Shown: positions 39,752-52,460, numbered from the stretch's first letter. The stretch is DNA of 64,000 bases from Camelus dromedarius (GCF_036321535.1 NC_087436.1:56608001-56672000), one strand, 5' to 3'. The notes: generated by a model not told the origin, from the sequence alone. Made by a program: numbers and translations.

Positions 39752-40179
39752 CCTCAGGAAATAAGTGAAAAAAATGAAATAAAGGAGAATTATTTGCTGG
39801 AAAAAATGCGTAATTCCTAATATTACTTAACAGCACCATTTATAATTATAATAGTCCAAATATCCATCAACAGAGGTATAACCAAGTAATTTTTGTTACA
39901 TTAAAACATATAATCATTATGACCATGTTACAACATGGAAAGTGACAGAAAGATACATTAAATATGCAAGTGAACATGTTTAAGACGGACTAAGAAAAAA
40001 AAAACCTCATTAATTTGAGGTGGTAGAGTTCACATTAATTTTTTTTTTAATTTAGTTTCCCATTAATGCTGTTATTTTATGCAGTAAATATATTCTGTGG
40101 AGAAAATAGTTCAAAATTATGTGGTAAAATAATACATGCAGTGTGCCCACTATAAATTTTGACACATAACCACTGAATC

Positions 40180-40415
40180 AATAGCAGATAATAATAGCTA
40201 ACATTTATGCACTTACTGTAGGCCACATACTGTTCTAAGGACTTTATATGCTTCAACACCTTTAATCTTCACCACAATCCTACAGTTGCTTTATCTGTAG
40301 TTTACCAATAAGGAAATCAAGGCAGAGGGATGGTAAGTAATTTGCCTAAGTTCAGCCAGCTAATAAAGTGCAAGGCTAGGATGTGTTCCAGAGCCCACAC
40401 TCTTAACAACCAAGC
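40180..40415 (-). mobile_element. MIR SINE
   Basis: ataataatagctaacatttatgcacttac...tttaatcttcaccacaatcct...aaggaaatcaaggcagag...gtaatttgcctaag...ccacactcttaac. Confidence 0.85.
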
Positions 40416-40859
40416 AGTTCTGCTCTTTGGCACTCACTGTGTGACCCTGTCAAAAACTCTTATTACTGGAAAGCAGAATAAGGACATAGGTAAACAATCA
40501 GTAAGCATAATGTTTACATACGGCAGTAACACGCTGTGGATTCAGGAAAGCTTACTTTCTGCGCCAAATTAGAGAAAGTTCTTTACCAAATTCTAGGTTT
40601 ATAAAAATGAGAATGTGTGGGTTTTTTTTTTTAAAGAATTTTAATATGAATAAAACAGGAAAAGGTCACTAAAATTTTTTTCAATTTTCTATTTTCTGTT
40701 TTTATAGAAACATTCTATTTTTCTTGTCATTACAAAATGTCCCTATTCATTTTAAAATGTTATAATCTGTTTAAATATTTATGAACAGACAATATTTGAG
40801 TTATTTGTGACCAGTTTTAAAATAACTCTATTTTTTTCTCCAAATATAATCACGACATA

Positions 40860-41700
40860 CTCAAACTCTGACTCTCAGACTTCCAGGGTAGTCTCCTTGA
40901 CAACTGCCCACTTAGCATTTCCACCTGTGTGTCTTATAGACAAAGCAACATAATGATGCCTCAAACCAAACTCCTGACGTTTCCAACCCACATTCTGGCT
41001 TTCCTCATCTTGACATCGCTAACTCCATTCCTCCAGTTGTACAGGCCAAAAACCTTGGTGTTACCCTTGACTCCTCTCTCTCATACCACACATGCAATCT
41101 GCCAGCATACACAGTGAGTCTGATCATTTCTCACGCCCTTGGTCTAAGCTACCATTTTCTCTCTTAACTAGATTGTCAAGGTAGCCCCCTTACCGCCTCC
41201 CACCCTGGCCCACTACAGTCTTCTCTCAACGTAACAGCCAATGCCTTCAACAGTTCAGTCAGATAGATGTCCTATCTCTACACAAAACTCTCTGTCCTGT
41301 TTAATTCAGGGAAAGTGCCCAAGCCCAACAACAGCCTACAAGGCTGCAGTGATGCAGCCTCCGTCTCCCTCCCACGCCCCATCTCCTTCCCTCTGTCACA
41401 CTCTTCCAGCCCCACTGCCATTCCAGGGGTTCCTCACATGCAGGACCCGAAGTCTCTGCCTCAGTCTCGGTATTGGCTTTTCCCTCTACTTGGAAATCCT
41501 TCTCTAGAAATCCGGACAGCTTGTTTCAGAATGACCTTCAGGTCTCTCCAACATGCCCCCTGCCCTCCTTTCTTAGACTCCATAGCTGTTATGACCACCT
41601 GCCACTGGATGTAGAATGTCTTGTTTATTTAACATACTGTCTCCTTTAAGAGAATATTCAACTGCACACAGGCAGGAGTTTTATAACTTGTCCTCATGAC
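40860..41700 (+). mobile_element. L2a LINE fragment
   Basis: tcaaaccaaactcctga...aactccattcctccagttgtacaggccaaaaaccttggtgttacccttgactcctctctctc. Confidence 0.8.
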
Positions 41701-42049
41701 CTGCTCATCTCTGAACACACATGTGTAATTAACCAATCTGCTACTAAAATTAAAACAGTGGTTAAAACCCTTACATGAGATGAAGCTAGGCAAGAAGCCT
41801 TCAGGTAAAACATCATTTTTACAATATGAAGCAATACAGGTTGTCTTAATCTTCTTGTCTGTTTTTAGCTTTTATTTGCTTTCCTGTGTTTAGTATATAA
41901 TGTAAAATCTAGCCACTGTATGTAAAATAAATTTATTAAAGTTTGAGTCACATACACTATTCAATTTTCCTTATTATCTTTTCAATTTCTCATGATAAAC
42001 CAAAAAGCCACTTTCAGAAACTAAATGATGACACATTTTTGACACACTT

Positions 42050-42700
42050 TTGGCAATTCTATCTGTGAACTCTCTCCCCCAGGCATCTTGAGGTCTCCAC
42101 TCCCAGTGACCATCCTCATCCTCTCTTCCCTGCCTCAGGTCTTTTCAACATTAACACATTTTCGGAGCAAACAGGGTTATCTTTCTAAAATACAGATCTG
42201 AAATACAGGTTATATCATCATCCAAATTAAAAACTCACATACCTACCTAGTGCCTACAGAGAAAAAGCTAAAAGCCTCAGTCTGATCTACAAAACCAGTC
42301 CAGCCTATTGGGAAAGACACACATCCCACAATCCCTCCCCAAACTGCCAAACTTCCAGCCTTTCAAAACAAATTCCAAGATCCCGGTCGTGTCATGAATT
42401 GTCAAAACCTTCATCACTTTGGCCCATGCTCTTCTTTGCCTTGAATACTCTTAACCTTTTCTATTCCAAGCAAATACCAATGGATTATTCAAGGCCAAGA
42501 TATGTTATCTTCTTTACAAAAACTTCAGAAACTCTCCTCAAAAACATCAGTCTTCTTCCTTCACCATTTCCTCTGTAACAGGATGGATTATGTGTTGAGT
42601 CATAGATGAAGAGTTTCTCTCCCCAAACTGGCTAATAAATGTTGCCCATCACACAACACACACCTGGTGCCCAATAAATGTCTGTTTAGTGAATGAGAAT
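42050..42700 (+). mobile_element. L2 fragment with 3' end
   Basis: atctttctaaaatacagatctga...ttcaaggccaa...gtgcccaataaatgtctgtttagtgaatga. Confidence 0.65.
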
Positions 42701-43299
42701 ATAAAACAATATCTTTTGCCAAGCAGACCAAGTAACCTGGAAGAAAAAAAGCTTTAAACGTCCTCTAGATATTGTTTCTATCATTTCTACAACATAAATT
42801 TTTGAACTATAAAAGTTAAATATTTTCACGTTTTCAGACAGCGCAAGGACTTTATGAGGACTCTTTACATCTCAAAACCTATAAATTCTATGGAAAAAAT
42901 AAATTTCCACACCTCTGAATATGGTAAAATTGTGTTTATATGGAAATACTGGCACCACATTTCAGTAGAAAACTTTTTTTGGCACTCATTCCCAGGGAGC
43001 AATAAATCATTTCCTTCTGCAAGTGAATGTTATTGTGGGTGGGCCTTTTACACAGAAAAAATATTTGGATTCAAAGGTTCCCTCCCTGGTCCTGGAGAAA
43101 GTTGTCATGACCAAGGTATCAAAGCTTAGCAGTTCTTAAACTTAGGAATTTTGTATTCAAACACTCAGTATAACTTTGATTTTTTAAAAGAGCCATTAAT
43201 TCTCTTAATAATCAGCCTGGACTGGAGTATAATGGCCCTATTAGAGTCATTTTATTCATGAATGAAACAGTGACGAAAGAAGACTGAGTTGCCGTTGAT

Positions 43300-43691
43300 T
43301 ATCTATGGTCTAGCCCATAGCTAGCCTAGATTCCTAGTCCCTGGCAGGTAGGTGAGGACCTGCGAATAAGTTCTAGCCAATGGGATGGAGCAAAGGCATG
43401 TGAAGCACATCCAGGCCTGGTCCATGAAAACCTCCAACATGTAACTCCCCTGGTCTCTCCCTTCAGCTGCCTTGAAGCACAGAAGCACCATGGAAGCCAT
43501 ACATGTAAAATGATGGAGCCATAAAGATCAGCCTGAGTCCTTGAATCACTACTCCAAGAACCATCCACTAGACAGAAAATCTGTTCTGAACTCTATGTGA
43601 ATAAGAAATATATTTCTATTTCTTCTAATGGTTGAGCATGATACATTATGAGATATCATTATGCAACTGTTAGCATTACTGTAACTAAACA
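43300..43691 (+). mobile_element. MaLR solo LTR (MLT1J-like)
   Basis: agttctagccaatgggatg...ggaagccatacatgtaaaatgatggagcca...cagcctgagtccttgaatcact...tgtgaataagaaata...actaaaca. Confidence 0.75.
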
Positions 43692-45699
43692 TACTGAGTC
43701 TGAAAATTAGTAATTTGAGAACTTTAATAAGTAATCACCTTTATTATACTACCTTCTTCTCACTTCACAGGGAATCATAAACATCTGATTTTTCCTTGTA
43801 ACCAGTAAATCTTCGACCCAATCTTCCTAACACTATGTTATGCACTACAAAAGAATTTTATACACACATTATATATAATTATATATAAGATATTTGCTTC
43901 CTGCTTTCTATTAAGCATATAAATATATAATATAAATTACAAAAAATAAATTATATGTTATACATAATATATATAATAAAGACATCTCATCCCTGTTTTA
44001 AAAAATCATGCCAAACTAGCCCAATTAGCATCAGCTAACTACCTACTATGTACCTGACACTGAGGAAGCCACTCAACACACAAGGGGGAAAACACCATGC
44101 AACCCCAGGAGACCTGCATACTTGGCATATTTGTTCTGACTACTTGTAATCAACAGCTTCAAGAAAAACAGTTTAGGTTTTATCTTTATAGGTATGCAGT
44201 ATATTTTATCTATTTTAATAACAGACTTTTAAAGATTTTTTAATTTAAAATACAAATCAAATTGCGTTTGCTTTGTCTTTGTGATGAGACATTTGATGTA
44301 GGCTTGCATCTCAATCTTGCTTTATTTCTGACCTTTGGACAATAACACAATCCACTGCTAGTTTCCATTCACACACCAAATTTGTACCTTCTCTCCCCTG
44401 CACTGAATTTCTAATCCTGGAAAACGACTAGACACTACTCCAAGAGACAGGAACAAAATGACCTATTCAACTATTGAGAATATATGGTTATATACCTATT
44501 CATAGTGTTATCAAGTTAATATGGTACTCATTAAAGACAAAAAATGCCCAACAAGCGTGGAACAAATTGTAGCAGGTCTTTAACACAAAATAGTAAAAAT
44601 ACTTCACTTGGACTGGAAGCAAATATATGCCAACATATACAGTGATAAGAGAACTTGACTCAAAAAGCTATGTATCTTGAGTTGATAGACAGCAACAGCC
44701 TGTATAATTTTCTCTCCTTGTTCCTTAAGAGTTTCATTTTAAAGCACATAAGACAGGAAAAAAAGAGACTGTGCCATTTGGATCTTATTCCACAGCCAAC
44801 CTGATGTAGGGTTTAAAAAAAAGCTATAAATTCACCTGTTTCTCTGTGGTTCTGTACAACTGCAAAACAACTGAGAGGTGGCCCTGACACACCTGCTTCC
44901 TTCCTTTTAAGAATTCAGGTTCTAAAGTAAAATAACAGCAGCCACCGGAGTCCCTCCTGCTCCCCACGGGTAAACACTTGGCTGTACTTCTGCCTCAAAT
45001 CTTGGATACCAGCAGAGACCAGCTTGATGCAAAAGCGTTTTCCTACAGTAGGAAGCTGACTGGTATTCTTGAGTCCTTCAGATCCTTGACCACTGTTTCT
45101 GAAGAGTAAAACAAGTGTGTTTTAGAAAGAAAAGGGGAAAGAAAATTATTCATGCAAAGTACTGTTTCTCTTTTCTACACGTTGGCAGGGAGGGACTGTA
45201 CAGTGTATACAAAAGAGAGGGAAAAAACATCCTTGGAAAAAAGCATTTACTGAGAATATTTAGTGATCAAGGAAAAACAGCTGAACTTAATATTTGTTGC
45301 TTTTACCCTAACTTATTGTCAGCATGACCCTCAGAGACGTGAAAGTGTTATCATCTGAAGCTTATATATTATAAAAGAACTGATTACTGTACATTTCTCA
45401 GAGCAACAGTAACCTCATTTCCAGTGAACTTGAAGGGTTTTTATTATAATGGTGTAAAGAAAGTGAAAATAGAAAATGTCAATGAGAACAATTTTACATC
45501 ATGTCCTAGCTACATAAAATACTCAAGCAACAAGCATCTATTAAGTTCCCCTCATGTGCCCATACCACACTGCTACTCTAAAATTTGATAAAATATCATA
45601 AAAATTATAATTAAAAAATCAGTGGCCAAATGGATTTATTATGGTTGATCCATAGTAATAATCAAAGTACAGAATTGTTTTTTTAAATATCAAATTAGC

Positions 45700-46134
45700 A
45701 AAAACTTCTGAAAAAATATGGTCAATATTGAAATGGTAAAATAAAACAGGAACTCTGACACACTGCCACTGTTGACAAAAATAAGCACAATCTCTTCAGA
45801 CACTGATTTTGAAAGCATATGTCTAGAACCTTATAACGTATGTTTCCTTGAATCATTAAAATTCCACCATTGGTGAATAGCCTAAGGTAAAATCATGACC
45901 ATATAAACAGCCATATACCAGAAGTGTTCATCTCAACATTACTTCTAATAAAAAAACAACCAAAGTGCCTAACAGTATTAGACTGGCTGAGGAAATTATT
46001 GTACAACAGAAGGATGTGACATTAAGTAGTCATTAAAATTACACTTTTGTAATGTTGTTATACTATAAAATACAATAATTATGACCAATCTAAAACACGT
46101 GTAGAGTAAAAGGGGAAGACTAAAATACTAAAAA
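45700..46134 (+). mobile_element. Ancient L1ME-type 3' region, left part (interrupted by a younger L1)
   Basis: gaagtgttcatctcaacattactt...aaacaaccaaagtgcctaacagt...; continues at 51180-51280. Confidence 0.6.
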
Positions 46135-49100
46135 TAGAGATTGATCAAGATGGAGGTAGGAGGATGTGGAACTCACCTCTCCCCAAACACATCAAAAATA
46201 CATCTACATGTGGAACAATTCTCACAGAAAACGAATTGGAAACTGGAAGAAAGACTCCTGTACAATCAAGGCTATAAGAAATATTTACATGTAATTAAAT
46301 AGGAAGAAAAGAACCTGTGCCCTTGGGAGAAACTCAGAAGAAATGGCAGAATACACAGGCAGATACCTGCCATGGGGGTAAGTGGTGAGAGCCACAGATT
46401 GGGTGCCCCAGTTTTGGGGTCCCACACAGGGGAGACAAGCTTCCCTGGCTGGTTGGAGGACTGCTGGAACTAGAAGGGAAGCTGTGGGAAGCCTGGACTC
46501 CACTCATGAGGAGCACACATGCTGACTTGCCCCGAGGCAGGGCAGAGAGCGTGGAAATAGGTTTCCCGTAACTGCCTCAGCACGTGCACCAGCTCAAGTG
46601 GAGAAAACGCTCCAGCTCTACTTACGCCATGTTATAGCATGGCACTAGGATCTAGGACTGCCACAGCTGAGGAGAAACCTTGGCCAGATACACAGAGGCG
46701 ACCTAGTCCCAGGACAGAGCCTGGGTGGGGTAATGGCAGCCATTACTGGTGATTGCTCAAGCAGCACATTGAAGCGGCCCAGAACTCTGATAGAGGTCAC
46801 TCCACCACAGCTCACATCCAAGAGCCTGCACGGGCCCTACCTGTCCTGTAGTGACACTCCACATCAGAGCAGGGGCAAGGGCTGGAGTCAGCGATTAGCT
46901 ATGAGTGACAAAGAGGACTTGGACCAGAAACTGTGCTTGAGCAGGGCTAGAGAAACAACTGCACATGCCTACACAGGGAATGCATCAGAGACAGCCGTGC
47001 ACTCCGCCTACAGTGGACACGAGGTGGAAGCCCAGTGGGCCCCCCACTGCAGCTCTCCCCTGCTCTCGGACGCAGGTCACAGCTCCAGGAAAGGGAAGAG
47101 AGCCAGCTCTGGCCAACACTGAGGGTTTCTGCTTCAGCAATCTGGGATGAGACTTCACTTCCACAGGGCAAGCAAAAACTAAGAGTCCATTGATACTAAA
47201 TATACACTAAAAGAAATGCTCAAGGGCTTTCTCTACGTGGAAAAGAAAAAAGAACCTACAGGAAAGGGAAAATCCCACTAGGAAGGGCAAATACATAGAA
47301 AGAACTGAGGATCAACCATTTAAATAAGCCAGTATGAAGAGGAACAGACAAAAAATTGCAAACTAAAACTACAATAAACAGTGACGGCATAAACATGAAA
47401 ATGTAAAACATGATACCAAAAAAAAAAAAAAAAGTGAGGTAAAGGAGTAAAAATACAGATATTTTAGAATGTATCTGAACTTAAATGACTACCAGTTTAA
47501 AACAGGTAAATAAAGTTATAGATCAACATATATGAACCCTGTGGTAACCACAAATCAAAAACCTATAACAGATACACAAAAACTAAAAAGAAAGGAATAC
47601 AAGCATACTACTAAAGAAAATTATCAAACCACAAGGGGAGATTCAAAAAGAAATGACTAGAGAAGAACTACAAAAAAAAAAAAAAAAAAAAAAAGAAAGA
47701 AAGAAAAAGAAACCAAGTAATAAAATGGCAATAAGTACATGACTATCAGTAATTTACTTCAAATGCCAAAAGAAATAGGGTGGCTAATTGGATTAAAAAA
47801 ACAAAACAAAAAACAAAACAACACAATAAGATCCATCTATATGCTCCCTGCAAGAGACCCAGTTCAGAACTATAGACACACACAGACTGAAAAGGAGAGA
47901 ATAAAAAAGATATTTCATGTAAACAAAACCAAGAAAGTAGGAATAGCAATACTTTAAAACAAAGGCTATAACACAAGACAAAGAGGGGCATTATATAAGA
48001 AAGGGATTCACAGAAAAAAGAGTATATTACACTCATTAACACATACACAACCAATACAGCAACACCTAAGTTTATAAAGCAAATACTAACAGGCATAAAG
48101 GGAGAAACTGACAACAATACAATAGCAGGAGACTTTGACACACTGCTTACATCAATAAACCAGATCATCCAGAGAAAAAAATCAATAAAGCAACAGTGGT
48201 CTTAAATGACACAATAGACCAGTTGGTTTTAATGGTTATCTATAGAACATCACATCCCAAATGACAGAAAACACATTCCTTTCAAGTGCACAAGAACGTT
48301 CTCCAGGACAGATCACATGCTAGGCCACAAAACTAGTCTCAATAAATTTAAAAGAAGAGAAATTATACCAAGCAGTTTTTCCAACCACAATGATATGAAA
48401 CTAAAAATCAACTACCGAAAGAAATATGGGAAAAGAAGTAACACATGGATGCTAAACAACATGCTACTAAAAACCCAATAGGTCGATGAAGAAATCAGAG
48501 AAAAATCAGAAAATAGCTCAAGGCAAATGAAAATTGAAACACGAAACACCAAAATCTATGAGATGCAACAAAACCAGTCTTAAGAGGAATGTTTATAGTG
48601 ATACAGGCCTTCCTCAAGAAACAAGAAAAATCTCTGGAGAGAGAAGCAAGATGGCGGAGTAGCACGCTTGTAGCTCACTCACCCTCTCCCACAAATACAC
48701 CAAAACTCACATCTATGGAACCACTCAGCCAACCAGAGCACCTGTGGAACTCCGACAGAATATCGCCCTCTTCGAAAGACAAAGACGCCAAAAATCTAGT
48801 AGGAGAAAAGAAAAAAAGAAAAGAAAAAGCAGAACAGTGTGGGACGGGTCCGGCGGGGAGGGAGCAGCAGAGGAGGAATAACGCTCGTTCGCTGGGTCTC
48901 CCCACTCCAACGGAGAGGCCAGCAGGACGGAGGGGGAGCCTCCGAGGCTCGGATCTGTATGAAGCAGCCCTTGACCGACAGAACTGGGTTAAACAGGCAC
49001 AGAGGGTCCCTGCGACACTCAGCCCAAGATGCGGGCCAGCAGCTGGGGGCCGGGGCAGGCTGCCCGAGCCGGGCGGAGGACTGGGGTGGCTGCAGTGAGG

Positions 49101-51165
49101 CAGTGCCGGGGGGGGGGGGGGGGCTTCAGGGGGTTGCGTGCTGTGGCTGGGAGGGGATACAGAGCAGAACAACCCCAGTCCCCCATAAACTGTGAAAAAA
49201 GCAAAGCAACACAGCTGGTGTGCCCTGGGGGCAGGGGTGCCGTAGCCTTCATCTCCTCAGACCTGCGCCGCCATTACTGGCTCATCTCGCGAGAAGCGGG
49301 GCACAGCCACAGCCGCCATATTCTCCTGTGCACAGCACCCGGGTGGGGGCAGGGCCGAGCCCTGAATCCGCACCTGGGGGCTCAACCTCCTAGGCAGGAC
49401 TGAGTCTTGTTTACAAGCCCTTTACCCTGAAAATTGTAAGACGCTGATGAAAGAAACTGAAGACGACAAAAAAGATGAAAAGATATACTGTATTCTTGGA
49501 TTGAAAGACTCAATATTGTTAAAATGACCACACTACCCAAGGCAATCTACAGATTCAATGCAGTCTATTGAAATAGCAATGGCATTTTTCACAGAACTAC
49601 AACAAATAATTTTAAAATTTATAGAGAAACAAAATAAAACCCAAATACCTAAAATAATCTTGAAAAAGAACAGAGCTGGAGGAATTATGCTAATTTCAAA
49701 CTATACTACAAAGCTATAGTAATCAAAACAGTGTAGTATGGGAACAAAAACAGACACATAGATTAATGGAACCAGATAAAAAGCTCAGAAATAAACCCAT
49801 GTACTTATGGTCAATTAATCTACAACAAAGGAGGCAAGACAATATAATGGAGAAAAGACAGTCTTCAGTAAGTAATGCTGGGAAAACTGGACAGCTACAC
49901 GTAAAAGAATAAAATTAGAACATTCTAACAGAATATACAAAAATAAACTCAAAATGGATTAAAGACCTACATGTAAGACCATATACTATAGAACTCCTAT
50001 AGGAAAACCTAGGCAGAACACTCTTTGATATGAACCATCGCAATGTTTTTTTGGATCCATCTCCTAAAGGAAATAAAAGCAAAAGTAAGCAAATGAGACC
50101 TAATTAAACTTAACAGCTTTTGCACAGAAAAGGAAACCACTGACAAAATGAGAAGACAACCTACTGAACAGAAGAAAATATTTGTAAATGATATGCAATA
50201 AGGGATTAATATCCAACATATATAAATAGCTCATACAATTCAACATCAAAAAACAACCCAGTTTAAAAATGTGAACTGAACATTTTTCCAAAGAGGAAAT
50301 GCAGATGGCTAATAGGCACACGAGAAGATGCTCAACATCACTAACCACTAGAGAAATGCAAATCAAAACCATGATGAGATATTACCTCACACAGGTCAGA
50401 ATGGGTATCATCAAAAACAAACAAAAAAACCACAAGTGTTGGCAAGGATGCAGAGAAAAGCAAATCCTTGTCACTGTTGCTGGGAATGTAAACTGCTGCA
50501 GTCACTATGGAAAACAGTAAGGAGGGTCCTTAAAAACTAGAAATAGAACTAGTATATGATCCAGCAATTCCACTCCTTGGTATATATCCAGAAAAAAAAC
50601 AAAGTCAAAAAGATACACGCACCCAAATATTCATAACAGCACTATTTACAATAGCAAAGATAGAAAGCAACCCAAGTGTCCATCAAAAGACAAAAGGATA
50701 AAGATGTGAAATATATACACACACACAATGGAATATTACTTAGTCATAAAAGAAAATGAAATTCTGCCATTTGCAGCAATGTGGATGGACCTAGAGAGCA
50801 TTATGATTAGTGAAATAAGGCAGAGAAAGCCAAATAATATTTGATATCAATTATAAGTGGAATCTAAAAAATAAAACAAATATATACAGCACAACAGACT
50901 CACAGATACAGAAAACTAGTGGTTACCACCAAAGAGAGGGACAAAACAGTGGAATGGGACTAAGAGATAGAGACTACTACATATAAAATAAATAAGCAAC
51001 AGTGATATATTGTACAGCACAGGGAATTACAGCCATTATTTTATAATAACTTAATGGAGTTAATATAGTATGTAATACATAAAATACTAAATCACTATGC
51101 TATACAAGCAAAACAAGTAAATTGACTATGCTTCAATAAAAAAATTTTAAATGTAAATATATAAA
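46135..51165 (+). mobile_element. Cetartiodactyl/camelid L1, originally full length, with most of ORF1 and the RT region missing
   Basis: 5' UTR starting near caagatggagg (46146); ORF1 C-terminus (KEMLKG) near 47170-47240; ORF2 endonuclease about 47724-48634; late ORF2 from 49421; 3' UTR to about 51140; candidate TSD taaaatac(t/c)aaaaa at 46121-46134 and 51166-51179. Confidence 0.92.
48635..49420 (+). promoter_or_regulatory. Young CpG-rich L1 5' UTR (internal promoter) nested in ORF2 of the older L1
   Basis: Begins ggagagagaagcaagatggcggagtag (YY1-type core caagatggcgg at 48647-48657); GC- and CpG-rich, unlike its flanks; similar to the 46146 5' UTR start. Confidence 0.85.
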
Positions 51166-51179
51166 TAAAATACCAAAAA

Positions 51180-51280
51180 GATACTAGTTTTCTCTGTGTA
51201 ATGAAGCTGTGAGTAATTATTTTAATTTTCTGTATTCCAAATTTTTTTATAGCTGGCATGTATGCTGTATAGCCAAAAAA
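51180..51280 (+). mobile_element. Ancient L1ME-type 3' end, right part
   Basis: ctagttttctctgtgtaatg...ttttctgtattccaaatttttttatagctggcatgtat. Confidence 0.55.
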
Positions 51281-51998
51281 TGCAAAAACCTTTAGAACAG
51301 CATTAGGAACAAGTATGTTCATTTAATTTTAGAAATTCTACAAAGTAACAATTACAAGTAAGTACAAAATAGAAAAATTGCAAATACTACATGTACAATG
51401 TTGCAATGAAAAATATTTATTTTATTATTTCAAATGCTGAAACAATATAAAACAAAGTTCATCATGTATAATCCTGGATCCATATTGAATCTACTTCCTG
51501 TTCTCCACAGATTACAAAACATCATGTTATTCTCTCCAGTCACAGTACACCAGGTATGGCTGCATGTTCACCAGATTTGCTGTTACCAGATTTCACTCCT
51601 TGAAAATAAATTAAATCATTCTTAATTACCTAAGTGTGATTCACTTCCTGACTTTACTGATTTATAGCCAAAAGTACATACACACTTTCTCTCTACTAGA
51701 TTCTTGCCTCTCTCTCCCCACCTTCGTCCCTCACTCCCTCTCTTTCTCTAGTTCCTTAATAAATAAAACACAGGCAATTATAATAAAAATCATTATCAAA
51801 CTTTTTATATCAAACTTGATTATTTTAATATGATTTACTTTAAATCTGATTTATTTTAATGACTTTCATTATAATATAATATTATAATACACAAATAACT
51901 AGCAATATTTTTTACTCATTATGAACTTATTTAATAATGTCCTTCATAAGAAAAAGGAATATCAATTGCTACTGATGTAAAATTCAGTGTGTAGTAAT

Positions 51999-52185
51999 AA
52001 AGTTGCCAGATTTAGCAAATAAAAATACAAGATACTCAATTAAATTAGAATTTCACATAAACATGACTAATTTAGTATAAGTATGTCCCATACAATATTT
52101 GGGACAAATTCATAGTAAAATTTATTCCTTGTTTATCTGAGACTCAAGTTTAACTGGATATCGTACATTTTACCTGGCATCCCTG
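51999..52185. mobile_element. MER53 palindromic hAT MITE
   Basis: gttgccagatttagcaaataaaaatac...tttagtataagtatgtccca-loop-tgggaca...tttaactggat...ctggcatccctg; flanked by gtagtaat / gaagtaat. Confidence 0.9.
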
Positions 52186-52279
52186 GAAGTAATGAAGAGA
52201 ACACTGAAGCATCGGAAGCGTAATTAACTCAGTTAGACCTACAGTACAGTAAAAGAATACAGAGGGAAAAGTGAAGAAG

Positions 52280-52460
52280 AAATTACTAATTACTGGTGCA
52301 ATAACCTCCACAAATTGTGCTAGGCAGAGGGCATATCAAATGATGCATTTTATCTTCAACAAAACCCTGTGAGGTAGGTATTACTCTCATTGTACTAGTA
52401 AGGAAACAGTCTCTGTGAGCGTAAGTCACTAGTTTGAAGTCCAGCAGCTAATAGTCTACT
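52280..52460 (-). mobile_element. MIR SINE
   Basis: tcttcaacaaaaccctgtgaggtaggtattactctcattgtactagtaaggaaacag. Confidence 0.75.

Noticed and set aside
48589..49403. Several overlapping ORFs of 61-169 aa on both strands
   Set aside because: By-product of the GC-rich L1 5' UTR; the first begins in disrupted L1 ORF2.
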